Shown: positions 1 through 9,256, counted from the stretch's first letter. The stretch is 32,000 bases of DNA from Telmatocola sphagniphila (GCF_018398935.1 NZ_CP074694.1:4950001-4982000); one strand, 5' to 3'. Numbers and translations are program-made. Notes: generated from the letters alone by a model not told the origin.

Positions 1-95
1 CCGACCGCTGAAAACCCGGAGGTGATTGTGGTTCATAAAGAAATTTGTCTGATCCGCGGTCGGAGTTGTCAAGGAAAATGCGAAGGAACTGTTAA

Positions 96-129
96 GCACC
101 TGCGCATTTCTCGGGAAATACGCAGGTGC
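96..129 (-). terminator. Candidate stem-loop downstream of the peroxiredoxin gene
   Basis: GCACCTGCG (96-104) and CGCAGGTGC (121-129) form a perfect 9-bp inverted repeat with a 16-nt loop, 14 nt beyond the minus-strand stop at 143. No clean U-tract follows on the minus strand, so this is weak. Confidence 0.3.
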
Positions 130-142
130 GGAAGAGGAAAAT

Positions 143-733
143 TTATTTACTGCCGGCTTTGTGGAAATAGGCCTTCGATCCGGAGACGGTGGGCTTGATC
201 GTGTCCCCACCCGGCTTCCAGTCGGCCGGGCAGACTTCGCCATGCTTCTCGACGAACTGCAGTGCATCGATGACGCGCAGCGTTTCGTCCACGCTCCGGC
301 CCAGAGGCAGGTCGTTGATGGTGATGTGACGAACGATCCCTTCCTTATCGATCAGGAAGGTGCCGCGCAAAGCGATGCCGCCTTCCAGAAGAACGCCGTA
401 GTCGCTGGCGATCTTCTTGGTGATGTCCGCGACCAGAGGATAGTTCAGATGGCCCAGGCCGCCTTCGGTACGGGGAGTCTTGATCCAGGCGAGGTGACTG
501 AATTGGCTGTCGATCGAGCAGCCCAGCAGTTGAACGCCGCGCTTTTCGAATTCCGCCGCCTTGTCGCTGAAAGCGATGATTTCCGTCGGGCAGACGAACG
601 TGAAGTCGAGAGGGTAGAAGAATAATACGACGTACTTGCCTTTGTAATCCGAAAGGCTGATCTGCTTGAATTCCTCTTTCACAACAGCCTGCGCTGTGAA
701 ATTCGGGGCTTCCTTCTGTACAAATACCGCCAT
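143..733 (-). CDS. Typical 2-Cys peroxiredoxin (AhpC/Prx1 subfamily)
   Basis: The translation contains the peroxidatic motif FTFVCPTEI and the resolving-Cys motif GEVCPADW, with a full-length Prx fold pattern ([19 protein letters not shown]). The ORF opens at 766, but the ATG at 731-733 ([12 protein letters not shown]) follows GGAG on the minus strand and gives the usual N-terminus. Confidence 0.95.
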   Translation of the reverse strand: MAVFVQKEAPNFTAQAVVKEEFKQISLSDYKGKYVVLFFYPLDFTFVCPTEIIAFSDKAAEFEKRGVQLLGCSIDSQFSHLAWIKTPRTEGGLGHLNYPLVADITKKIASDYGVLLEGGIALRGTFLIDKEGIVRHITINDLPLGRSVDETLRVIDALQFVEKHGEVCPADWKPGGDTIKPTVSGSKAYFHKAGSK

Positions 734-1057
734 TGAGGTAATCTCCCTGTTGAGTTTTCGATTCAAGTTATGATAAGACTCTGCGACTCAACTTGGCCAG
801 AGAACCGGTCCACGGCCGCGAGATAGCCCTCCGAGAGTTGTTCTGAGAAGCGGTTTTAAGCCGCCGGAAGCAGCCTCCAACTCTCAATTGCCGCCTTCAA
901 TCGGCAAAACTTCCCCAAACTAACACTCACAAACCGCAAATCCGGGCAACCTGGCTTTATCGTCACAAGCTGCATTACCGATACGAATTGCAGAAGGCTT
1001 GGTAAGCGAGGCGATACTCGAAAATTTCCTCGACCCTGTAATCGGAGTGACAGATCC

Positions 1058-2056
1058 ATGAAACGGCAAATCGCAATCAAAACCCTTTCAGTTTCGCTGC
1101 TGGTTGCGGGTCTGGGCTGGAATGGGATTGCAAGTTCGATTCGCGCGGCCGAGCCGACTTACACCGCCAACCAGGTGATTTCCCTCCAGGAACCGGGCAA
1201 ACCGGCCCGCCTGTGCACGATTGTTTCCAGCAGCAAACAGTCCAACGGCAAAACGGTTTACACCGTGAAAGCCAATGATTCGGGCGAACTGCTGATGGTG
1301 AAATTCGACGCCAATACGACTAACATCGTGACGACCGAACCCAAGGATCCGCTCCTGTCGACCGTGAACGAAACTTTGAAGACCACCAATCCAACTCAGA
1401 AACCCTCCACCGCTTCCAGCGGCCATGAAACCAGCGGCCTGTTGAGCCGGTTGACTTTCAGCAGCTCCAAATCGACCACTGATACGAAAGCTCCTGCTTC
1501 CCCCACAGTGAATTCGACGATGACGGCCCAACCGGTGATCATCGACAATGCCCCGGTGGAAACCGTGCTTCGCCAGCCGCTGCCTTTGGATCCGAAAATG
1601 CCCCCGGCTGCGGAATTGATCCCTTCTCATCCGACATCTTCGGCCGCTACCCAGATTGTCCAAGTTCCCGTCGCGCCGGTAACTCCGGTCGCCCCAGTAG
1701 TGATGCGGCCAATTCAGGAACCGATTTCCGTAAAACCGATCATCCAGGCCCCCGCTCAGCTTCCCCGGGAAGTGCAGCTGCAAAGCGCCCTGCGGGATGC
1801 CCTGCAGCCTTCCGAACGCGAGTTGGCCGCCATGCAGCTGAGCCAGTCGACGAATTATCCCCCGGCCAAGCTGGCTCTGATGCATGCCGCCAAGGAAGAT
1901 CCCGCTCCGACGGTTCGGGCTTGCTGCCTCCGATGTCTCGTAAAAGTTGCCCCGGGCGACAACAAGGTGGTTTCATTACTCGAAACCGCCAAAGAGGATA
2001 GCGATTCGCACGTTCGCAACGAAGCAGCCGACCTGCTCAATCAGATCAAGAAGTAG
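1058..2056 (+). CDS. Secreted hypothetical protein with a Pro/Thr/Ser-rich linker and a C-terminal HEAT-like repeat
   Basis: N-terminal signal peptide (MKRQIAIKTLSVSLLVAGLGWNGIASSIRAAEP). Long P/T/S/V-rich low-complexity middle section. The C-terminus (DPAPTVRACCLRCLVKV...DSDSHVRNEAADLLNQI) resembles HEAT/PBS-lyase repeats. The 265-aa antisense ORF (1088-1885) is Arg/Gly-rich and looks like a shadow ORF. Confidence 0.7.
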   Translation: MKRQIAIKTLSVSLLVAGLGWNGIASSIRAAEPTYTANQVISLQEPGKPARLCTIVSSSKQSNGKTVYTVKANDSGELLMVKFDANTTNIVTTEPKDPLLSTVNETLKTTNPTQKPSTASSGHETSGLLSRLTFSSSKSTTDTKAPASPTVNSTMTAQPVIIDNAPVETVLRQPLPLDPKMPPAAELIPSHPTSSAATQIVQVPVAPVTPVAPVVMRPIQEPISVKPIIQAPAQLPREVQLQSALRDALQPSERELAAMQLSQSTNYPPAKLALMHAAKEDPAPTVRACCLRCLVKVAPGDNKVVSLLETAKEDSDSHVRNEAADLLNQIKK

Positions 2057-2066
2057 ACCCCCCGGT

Positions 2067-2096
2067 GGGGGAGGCTGCCTAACCTCCCCCGGTTTT
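2067..2096 (+). terminator. Rho-independent terminator candidate
   Basis: GGGGGAGG (2067-2074) and CCTCCCCC (2083-2090) form a perfect 8-bp GC-rich stem with an 8-nt loop. GGTTTTG follows immediately, 11 nt after the stop at 2056. Confidence 0.6.
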
Positions 2097-2219
2097 GAAA
2101 ACTCTCCATCTTACCTGGATCTCCCGCTTGAGAGAATGGCTACTTCCCCTTGTGACATTCTTTCTGTCAGTGGTAGAATCCGTAACTACAACAGTGATGC
2201 CTTTTGGCAGGACGCATGG

Positions 2220-3212
2220 ATGCGCCGCACCCCGATGATACAGCTCGATAGTGTCACCATCCAATATGGCCCGATCCGGGCAGTCGATACCGTTTCGCTC
2301 GATGTCGAAGCCGGTGAGATTTTTGGCTTGCTGGGACCCAACGGATCGGGGAAAAGTTCGACACTCGCCGCCATTGCCGGCATTCTGCGGCCGGTGTCCG
2401 GCCGCATTCGCATCCAGCAGCATTGCATCCGAGACAAAGCGGAAGTCTGCGCCCGGCAGATCGGCTTCGTACCTCAGGAAATCGCACTTTATGAAGAGCT
2501 CTCCGTCTGGGAGAATTTGCGATTTTTCGGCGAACTCTACGGCCTTTCCGGTCGCTTCTTGCATCAAAGAATGGAAATTTCTCTGCACACCGTTCAAATG
2601 ATGCCGCGAGCCCAACAATCCGTCGGCACGCTATCGGGCGGCCTGCAAAGACGAGTCAATCTGGCCTGTGCGCTGCTGCACGACCCGGCGGTGCTTCTGC
2701 TCGATGAACCCTGCGTGGCGCTCGATCCTTGTTCGCGGGAAGTGCTGTTCAACACGCTGAGTTCGCTCCGGCAACAGGGCAAAGCGATCATCCTCACCAC
2801 CCATCACCTCGAGGATGCCGAGCAATGGTGCGACCGGGTAGGCGTTCTCCTTCAAGGCAAATTGATCGCCCTGGATCGACCGGCCAGGCTGTTTCACGAA
2901 ATTCCTCACAAGACCGTGGTGCTGGGTCAACTTCGGCTTCATCTCGCGGAACAGTTGGAGCAGATTGCTCGTTCGCGGCTGGGCAAAGATATCGCCTTTG
3001 AAGTCTGGGGCAAACAGATCCGCATTGAAGCTCCCAGCCAGGAGTTGATGGGACGCGCCCTCGCTACTTTATGCACCACCGGCATCGAGCTGGAATCGTT
3101 CCGCACGCCTCCCGCCCGACTCGACCGGATTCTGGAAGAAAGCGCCGCCGCCGCGACCGAACCTGCGATCCTCCCCTTCCCCACGGAAAAGGGGGAAGCA
3201 TGGGCCGCCTGA
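2220..3212 (+). CDS. ABC transporter ATP-binding protein (ABC-2/DrrA-like exporter ATPase)
   Basis: Walker A GPNGSGKSS, Q-loop, signature LSGGLQRR, Walker B LLLLDEP and H-loop TTHHLE are all present. The ORF opens at 1947 but overlaps the upstream gene. Plausible starts are 2136, 2220 and 2235 (MIQLDSVTIQYG is the canonical N-terminus), so the start is uncertain by up to about 85 nt. Confidence 0.92.
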   Translation: MRRTPMIQLDSVTIQYGPIRAVDTVSLDVEAGEIFGLLGPNGSGKSSTLAAIAGILRPVSGRIRIQQHCIRDKAEVCARQIGFVPQEIALYEELSVWENLRFFGELYGLSGRFLHQRMEISLHTVQMMPRAQQSVGTLSGGLQRRVNLACALLHDPAVLLLDEPCVALDPCSREVLFNTLSSLRQQGKAIILTTHHLEDAEQWCDRVGVLLQGKLIALDRPARLFHEIPHKTVVLGQLRLHLAEQLEQIARSRLGKDIAFEVWGKQIRIEAPSQELMGRALATLCTTGIELESFRTPPARLDRILEESAAAATEPAILPFPTEKGEAWAA

Positions 3213-4339
3213 ATCTGCTGAAATCGTTGATCCTCAAGGACTGGCGACTATTTAAGGCCGATCGTCGGGCCATGCTTCTGGCTTTTGCCATGCCGATCAT
3301 ACTGGCTTCGATCTTCGGTCTGGTGTTCGATCGACCGAGCCAGGGGATGTCCAGCAGTCAGGTCTCGGTTGTGCTGGTGATTGAGCAGGAGACGCCCGAA
3401 CTGGCACTGATCCAGCAGGATCTCGAGAACCAGCCGCAGTTGAAACTCCGCCGGATGAATCGTCGCGAAGCGGAGGAAGAACTGAGCCATCGGCGGTCCA
3501 GCGTGGCCGTGGTGTTTCGCAATGATACCGAAGTGGAAATTCTGCATCACCCGCTCTGCTCGGTGGAAAGCCGTTGCGTCGAAGGGTATCTGACCGAAGC
3601 GCTGATGCGCCGTAAAACATCGGAGCTTCTGAAGCCTCTGGGCATCTCGGCCGAGGCCTCTTTCGCGCAAATGCTGCAAATCGGTCACGGTACCATCCCC
3701 GCGGGAACCACTCAGCAGTTCAACTCCTACAGCCACTGTTTTTGCGGTATCACGCTCCAGTACCTGCTGTTCTGGGGTATGGAGTGCGGCTTGCTGTTTC
3801 TCAGAGAACGACAGCGCGGCATCTGGAAGCGGTTGCGGGCCGGACCGGCCCCCCTGTGGACGCTGGTGATATCCCGAATTGTTTCCACCGCCGGTATCGC
3901 ACTTCTTCAAATCCTGGTCACATTCGGCTTCGGTTATCTGGTCTTCGGGGTTCGCGTCTGCGGATCGTGGCTCGGCTTTCTGGCGCTGGTGCTGGCCGTG
4001 GGCGGCCTCAGCGCAGCCACCGGCATGGTCGTGGCCGCGGTGGGACAGACGGAAGCACGCGCCCGCCAGTTCAGCATTCTGGTGATCCTGCTGATTTCCC
4101 TGCTCGGCGGGCTCTGGCTTCCGGAGTTCCTGTTACCCTACTGGGTGCGTGAGGTGGCTCAGATCTTCCCGACTACCTGGGCCATGCAGACGCTGGATGC
4201 GCTGACCTGGCAGGGAATGAGCTTGCGGGAAGTTTTAGGAAACCTCACGGTGGTCTGGGCATTTGTGTTCGGTCTGATTTTCCTCGCCCTCTGGCGGCTG
4301 CATGTTATCGAAACGCGACGGCTCAAGGGCTTCGCTTGA
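3200..4339 (+). CDS. ABC-2 type transporter permease
   Basis: The ATG at 3200 (MGRLNLLKSLILKDWRLF) overlaps the ATPase stop by 13 nt, which suggests translational coupling. One N-terminal TM segment, a large loop, then about five C-terminal TM segments, as is typical of ABC-2 permeases. Confidence 0.85.
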   Translation: MGRLNLLKSLILKDWRLFKADRRAMLLAFAMPIILASIFGLVFDRPSQGMSSSQVSVVLVIEQETPELALIQQDLENQPQLKLRRMNRREAEEELSHRRSSVAVVFRNDTEVEILHHPLCSVESRCVEGYLTEALMRRKTSELLKPLGISAEASFAQMLQIGHGTIPAGTTQQFNSYSHCFCGITLQYLLFWGMECGLLFLRERQRGIWKRLRAGPAPLWTLVISRIVSTAGIALLQILVTFGFGYLVFGVRVCGSWLGFLALVLAVGGLSAATGMVVAAVGQTEARARQFSILVILLISLLGGLWLPEFLLPYWVREVAQIFPTTWAMQTLDALTWQGMSLREVLGNLTVVWAFVFGLIFLALWRLHVIETRRLKGFA

Positions 4340-4363
4340 TCGGTTAAGCATCGGGAGATTTGC

Positions 4364-4963
4364 ATGATTCGTACAACTCTACTCCTCCTACCTCTTTTTT
4401 TGAGTGGAACGGCCCTGCTGGTCGCGCAAGGTCAGAAGGAACCGCCGTTAATCTCCCTGAAGATGGAGGATCAGTTCGAGCGGAAACAGGATCTGAAGAA
4501 TTATCAGGGCTCGGTGGTCGTTCTTTTGTTCGGGGATCGCAAAGCGAGCGATTCGAACTCGAAACTGGGAGAGCGGCTGCATGTGCAATTCCATCCCACC
4601 GCGCAGGGCAAAAGTGTCGAGGAGGCCCGCAAGGCCCCGGTCGCGCCGCTGCAGGGATTGAAAGAAGGGCAGAAATCGCCGGAAGTTTTCGTGCTGCCGG
4701 TGGCCTGTATCGGTAAAGTTCCGGCTCTGGTTCGCAGTGCGCTGCGCGGCCAGTTCGAGAGAGCCAGCCCATATGTCCCGGTCTGGATGGATTTTGAAGA
4801 CACGATGAAAACCACCTTCGGGATCGATGCGGGGGTACCGAATGTCATCGTAATAGATGCCAGAAATCGGTTGCGCTTTAAGATGACCGGAGAGCCGGAC
4901 GTCAAAAGTTACGAACGGCTGGTACAGGTGGTCGATTATTTGCGCAAAGAATCTCTGAAGTAA
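4364..4963 (+). CDS. Secreted thioredoxin-fold-like protein lacking the redox cysteines
   Basis: Signal peptide MIRTTLLLLPLFLSGTALLVAQG. GGGAG lies 7 nt upstream of the ATG. The pattern LKNYQGSVVVLLFGDRKASDSNSKLGERL resembles the AhpC/TSA-redoxin strand-loop-helix but has no Cys where CxxC normally sits. The fold assignment is an inference. Confidence 0.6.
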   Translation: MIRTTLLLLPLFLSGTALLVAQGQKEPPLISLKMEDQFERKQDLKNYQGSVVVLLFGDRKASDSNSKLGERLHVQFHPTAQGKSVEEARKAPVAPLQGLKEGQKSPEVFVLPVACIGKVPALVRSALRGQFERASPYVPVWMDFEDTMKTTFGIDAGVPNVIVIDARNRLRFKMTGEPDVKSYERLVQVVDYLRKESLK

Positions 4964-5191
4964 AAAGGCTCGGAAAGTTCATCGCCCTGCCTCTTCTCGA
5001 GTGAAATGCTTGCAATACTTAGGCGTAAGCAATTCCTGCCGCCCGCGAATACACCTTAGGATCGAACGCTTGGGCGACTGTTCCCCCTATGCGGGTTATG
5101 TCGGCTCCGGCAGAAAACTGCGAGCATCGGCGGGACATCCAGCGTTATAATAAAGCGTCCGTTTCGTCCTAAATTGAGAGGCGACTACTGA

Positions 5192-5743
5192 ATGATGGAT
5201 TCAGAGCCACCGGCGGCTACGTCAGGGAAAGCCGACTTCGCGGAGCTGTACAACCAGCACAGCCGCATCGTCTGGTCTCTGGCTTATTCCCGCTGGATGG
5301 ATTCCGACCTCGCTTCCGATATCATGCAGGAATCCTTCCTGCGATTATGGAAATATCTGGAAGCGGGCGAGGAAGAGATTCAAAATCCGCGTGCCTGGCT
5401 GCTTCGGGTGGCCCGAAACCTGGCCGAGGATCAGGGTAAAAGCTCCTTCCGCCGCCATGGGACGCAGGGGCCAGAGGTCTTCAATGGCTTGCACGGCAAG
5501 CAATTGACCCCCGATACCATCATCGAACAGCAGGAAACTTTCGCCCGGCTGCGGGAGGAATTGAAATTACTCCCCGAAGCCGACCGAGATATACTGGTAC
5601 TCCGCTATGCTCTCGATGCGGAAACCGATCAGATCGCCGAAATTCTGGGCGTACAACCCTCGGCAGTGCACATGAGATTGAGCAGGGCCCGGCAGCGACT
5701 GGCCGAGCAGTTAAAAGCTAAAGGATGGAACAACGAAACATGA
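5192..5743 (+). CDS. ECF-type RNA polymerase sigma-70 family factor
   Basis: Region 2 (IVWSLAYSRWMDSDLASDIMQESFLRLW) and the region 4 HTH (ILVLRYALDAETDQIAEILGVQPSAVHMRLSRARQRL). The size of about 183 aa is typical of group IV sigma factors. Confidence 0.9.
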   Translation: MMDSEPPAATSGKADFAELYNQHSRIVWSLAYSRWMDSDLASDIMQESFLRLWKYLEAGEEEIQNPRAWLLRVARNLAEDQGKSSFRRHGTQGPEVFNGLHGKQLTPDTIIEQQETFARLREELKLLPEADRDILVLRYALDAETDQIAEILGVQPSAVHMRLSRARQRLAEQLKAKGWNNET

Positions 5744-6066
5744 TTTCTCCGGAACCTATCGATCGTTCGATGGACTCTCTCGACCGAACCTTGAAAGAGT
5801 TCTTCCAGGCCGAGATGCCCAAACCCTGGCCGGCGTTCCAGGCTCCGCGACCCGACAAATCGACCATCCAGCCGCTTATCGCCCGCAACACGCTCAATAA
5901 GAGTCGACTCTCCCTGGTCGTGGCGACCTCGCTGATGTTCGGTTTTGTCGGCCTGATGTCCAGCTTGCCGCAAGGGAAACCGACCCCCATCAATCACGAC
6001 GAACCGGGGACTTCCAAGGGTGGAGTTGCGGAACAGCGCAAAGAGCTCTTGAGAGAAAAAAAATAA
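5740..6066 (+). CDS. Putative anti-sigma factor (small single-pass membrane protein)
   Basis: The ATG at 5740 overlaps the sigma stop in an ATGA arrangement. One TM helix (LSLVVATSLMFGFVGLMSSL). No ZAS HxxxCxxC motif is present, so the call rests on position and topology only. An alternative start exists at 5725. Confidence 0.45.
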   Translation: MISPEPIDRSMDSLDRTLKEFFQAEMPKPWPAFQAPRPDKSTIQPLIARNTLNKSRLSLVVATSLMFGFVGLMSSLPQGKPTPINHDEPGTSKGGVAEQRKELLREKK

Positions 6067-6233
6067 ATCGCCCTTTATATCGCAAATTTGGCCTTTCCCT
6101 TTTTTCGCCCTTTTCCCAGCTCACTATCTAAATCCGATTTCAGCCTTACCCCATCGCATTCAATCTCTGTAATTTCTCTCATCATTTAAATGATCTATTT
6201 ACATCGTTAAATCGAGAGGTTATCCCCTCTCCT

Positions 6234-9200
6234 GTGAAACTTTGCTGCTGCTCCCTGATTGCGCTTCTGTCGCTGGCCCTGCCGGTACTCGCCGCGCCTC
6301 CGGTCGCGCCGGAGTGGCTCCCTAAATACCATCTGGAAATGCAGATGGATCTGGAGGGCCATACGGTCAAGGTGGTGCAGCGCTCCACCATCATCAATCA
6401 CTTCCAGAAACCGCTCGATCTTGTGGTGTTCAACGTCCACTCCGCTTTTCAGCCGCCGCAGGGTACTGTGGAACGGCTATACCTGGCCAAGATGCTGGAG
6501 ATCATGCGCGTAGCCGCCAGCCAAGGCCTCTATACCCGGCGGGCATTCGATCTTCAGAAAGTTCTGGTCTCCTCCGACGGCAAGAACTTCGCGGCGGTCG
6601 CATCGCACTTCCGGGAAAATAACGAGTGTGCTCTGGAAGTCCCGCTACCCAAAATTCTGAATCCGGGCGAGAGCGTCGTCGTCGAGATGCAGTATACTTT
6701 TTACCTGCCGCAGAAGCAGGGGCGCTGGGGGCAGTGGAAAGGCGTTACCTTCCTGAGCAACTGGTGCCCGGTACTGGCGTTCTACGACGATAAAGATGGC
6801 TGGCAGCCGACGCCCTTTATCGCCTGGCATCAGCCCTGGTTTAACGAAGCCGGGGTGTTCGATGCGGTGGTGAATCTGCCGTGCGATCAGGTTGTGGCCT
6901 GCAGCGGACCGATTGAAAAAATCGAGAAGGAAAACAAAGTCACCGCGACGCGACACGACGTCTACATCGGACCCCAGATTTTGCGCGATTTCGCCTTCAT
7001 CTGTTCGAACCGCTTTCAGGAATACGCGATAGTTTCAGAAGGGGTGAAGGTCAAATGCATCGCCTTTCCGGAGCACGAGCATTACGCCAAGGTGATTGCC
7101 GGAATCTCTTCGCGAGCCATTGAACAATACAAGAAGTGGTTCGGCCCTTTCCCTTATAAGGAACTGACGCTCGTCGAATCTTACTTCGGCTGGAACGGCA
7201 ACGAGTGCGCCGGGTTGATTATGGTCGATGAGCGGGTCTTCGACATGCCCAAGCTGGCGGAGAACTACGTCGAATATCTCATCAGCCACGAGACCTGTCA
7301 CCAGTGGTGGTACAACACCATCGGTACCGACGGCTATCGCGAAACTTTCATGGACGAGGCCTTCGCCACCTTCTTCGCGCACAAACTGCTGGACCTGAAG
7401 CATGGCCGGAATAATGCCTTGCTGGTCTATCCCAAAGAGCTCGAATGGTTGCCGAGAATCGAACGGGAAAACTATCGCTTCAGTTCTTTCTACAGCACTC
7501 TGCATCGGGGCGAGTTGCAGCCGCCGTTGACGGAAATGCAAAACTACCGCCACGTGGGGAATCTGTTCAGCGCCGCTTACGATCGAGGCAGCAAGATCAT
7601 CGGCATCATCGAAGATCAGATGGGCGAACAGGCCTTTCTGGAGTTCATGCACGTCCTTTACCACAAGTACTATTTTCGAGTGCTTCGAGCCCGCGAGCTG
7701 CAGATGGAATTGGAGAAGTTCACCGGCCGCAGCTGGGACGAATTTTTCAAACGCTGGCTCTACAACATCGGCATGACCGACTGGGCGGTGAATAGCGTTC
7801 AGGTGCAGACGCTGCCGAAGAAGCTAGTGAACATTAACGATAAAGCCAACAACCCGGAGGCGAAGCAGAAGGAATATCAGTACAAGGCGACGGTCGTATT
7901 GCAGCAGAAAGCGGAGTACAACGAGCCGACGACGCTGGGCGTCAGCTTCGACGGAAAGGAATACGCGGTCCGCGTGCCGGTAGGCATGGTATCGCAGCCG
8001 GCGGAGCTTCAAGACCCGCCAGCCACCATTTCGCCGTTGCCGGGTAATAAGCTTCAGGTGGAACTCTACCTGACCGATGAGCCGAAGCAGATAACGGTCG
8101 ATCCGGATAAGATCCTGCCCGATGCGAACCCGGCCAACAACTACTGGAAGAGCGACCCGCGCATTCGCTTAACACCTTTGTACACGTTTCTCGATGAAAC
8201 GCCGATGACGACCGATTATCATCGCTGGAACATAACCATAGGCCCCTGGTTTTATGGGCCGAGCTATTTCGATCCCTGGTATAACCGCTCCGATATTATG
8301 GGGGTACGGGCCGGGGCTTACCTCACGGAAAGTTTCACGGGGGGGGTCTACGCCGGTTATCGTACCGATCAACGCGACCTGGCCGTCGGCTTCGATGGAG
8401 TGCTGAAACACTGGCCGGACGGCTGCATGGAAACCGGCTTCCATGCGGAAAAAAGTCTGGTCAACTTCGATGGTCAGCAGACCGATATCGATCGAGTCTC
8501 GTTGTATACTCGATATATCATCACCCCGACTTCTTCGCTGTATACCGCTCCTACGCAGTACATCGAGGGATTCACTTCCTGGCAGAAAAACGATCTGCCC
8601 CAACCGCGCGAATATATGCCCGGTTTGACCCGGCTGATCGATCAGACCAATGTCGGCCTGCATTATCATTTGGATCTACTGACCCCTTATTGGGATCCGG
8701 AAATGGGAGCCCGATTCGATGCGACCTACGCCGCGGGTCTCCCCATCCTCGGGGAATCCGTGACTACTCAACAGGTGACGGCCCAACTCTCCGGCGTGGT
8801 CATGCCGCCTGAATGGACCGGCTGGTTCAGCCAGACAAAACTGGCCTGGCGCGCCTGGGGTGCTTACGGTGGTCCCGATAAATATGCACTATTCACGTTG
8901 GGCGGCAGCGAGCTGTTCCGAGGTTTCGATCAGAATGAACGGCAGGGGAATGCCGGCTGGATCGGCTCCCTCGAATGGCGCGTGCCCATCCTGACCGAAT
9001 CGCGATTGAGCATTGTGGATCAAACCGTCGGGTTAAGAAATCTGGCTCTGGCGCCGTTCTACGACGTGGGCAACATGTACTCCGACGGTAAATCTTACGG
9101 GCCGCCGGTGCATGCCGTGGGCGTGGGTTTGCGGATGGACGTGGCCTGGTTCAGCTTTATCGAACGGACTTCGCTGCGTATCGATATTGCCAAGACTCTC

Positions 9201-9251
9201 AACGCCGCCACGCCTACACAACTCTGGTTCGGGATCACGCATCCGTTTTGA
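6234..9251 (+). CDS. M1-family zinc metallopeptidase fused to a C-terminal Omp85/BamA-like outer-membrane beta-barrel
   Basis: GTG start followed by a signal peptide (MKLCCCSLIALLSLALPVLAAPP). Gluzincin signature HETCH-X18-E (HETCHQWWYNTIGTDGYRETFMDE), with an upstream GNECAG that resembles GxMEN. The C-terminal ~360 aa carry LGGSELFRGF, GSLEWRVPI, GVGLRMD...LRIDIAKTL and end ...WFGITHPF, a terminal aromatic beta-signal. Confidence 0.9.
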   Translation: MKLCCCSLIALLSLALPVLAAPPVAPEWLPKYHLEMQMDLEGHTVKVVQRSTIINHFQKPLDLVVFNVHSAFQPPQGTVERLYLAKMLEIMRVAASQGLYTRRAFDLQKVLVSSDGKNFAAVASHFRENNECALEVPLPKILNPGESVVVEMQYTFYLPQKQGRWGQWKGVTFLSNWCPVLAFYDDKDGWQPTPFIAWHQPWFNEAGVFDAVVNLPCDQVVACSGPIEKIEKENKVTATRHDVYIGPQILRDFAFICSNRFQEYAIVSEGVKVKCIAFPEHEHYAKVIAGISSRAIEQYKKWFGPFPYKELTLVESYFGWNGNECAGLIMVDERVFDMPKLAENYVEYLISHETCHQWWYNTIGTDGYRETFMDEAFATFFAHKLLDLKHGRNNALLVYPKELEWLPRIERENYRFSSFYSTLHRGELQPPLTEMQNYRHVGNLFSAAYDRGSKIIGIIEDQMGEQAFLEFMHVLYHKYYFRVLRARELQMELEKFTGRSWDEFFKRWLYNIGMTDWAVNSVQVQTLPKKLVNINDKANNPEAKQKEYQYKATVVLQQKAEYNEPTTLGVSFDGKEYAVRVPVGMVSQPAELQDPPATISPLPGNKLQVELYLTDEPKQITVDPDKILPDANPANNYWKSDPRIRLTPLYTFLDETPMTTDYHRWNITIGPWFYGPSYFDPWYNRSDIMGVRAGAYLTESFTGGVYAGYRTDQRDLAVGFDGVLKHWPDGCMETGFHAEKSLVNFDGQQTDIDRVSLYTRYIITPTSSLYTAPTQYIEGFTSWQKNDLPQPREYMPGLTRLIDQTNVGLHYHLDLLTPYWDPEMGARFDATYAAGLPILGESVTTQQVTAQLSGVVMPPEWTGWFSQTKLAWRAWGAYGGPDKYALFTLGGSELFRGFDQNERQGNAGWIGSLEWRVPILTESRLSIVDQTVGLRNLALAPFYDVGNMYSDGKSYGPPVHAVGVGLRMDVAWFSFIERTSLRIDIAKTLNAATPTQLWFGITHPF

Positions 9252-9256
9252 TTTAT

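Noticed and set aside
1-62. Inverted repeat CCGACCGC (1-8) / GCGGTCGG (55-62) at the window edge
   Set aside because: It is an 8-bp stem with a 46-nt loop, truncated context and no flanking gene information. It cannot be interpreted from this window.
856-1080. 74-aa minus-strand ORF in the divergent promoter region between the peroxiredoxin gene and the secreted-protein gene
   Set aside because: It has no motifs, overlaps the start of the 1058 gene, and has the composition of non-coding spacer sequence.
1947-2219. N-terminal extension of the ABC ATPase ORF (start at 1947), which would overlap the preceding gene by 110 nt
   Set aside because: The extension is Arg/Pro/Ser-rich. It crosses the upstream gene's 3' end and its terminator hairpin (2067-2096), and the canonical ABC N-terminus (MIQLDSVTIQYG) begins at 2235.
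5140-5150. TTATAAT sequence about 45 nt upstream of the ECF sigma gene, considered as a -10 box
   Set aside because: No acceptable -35 hexamer sits at 16-18 bp spacing, and planctomycete promoter consensus is poorly defined. It is too weak to annotate.
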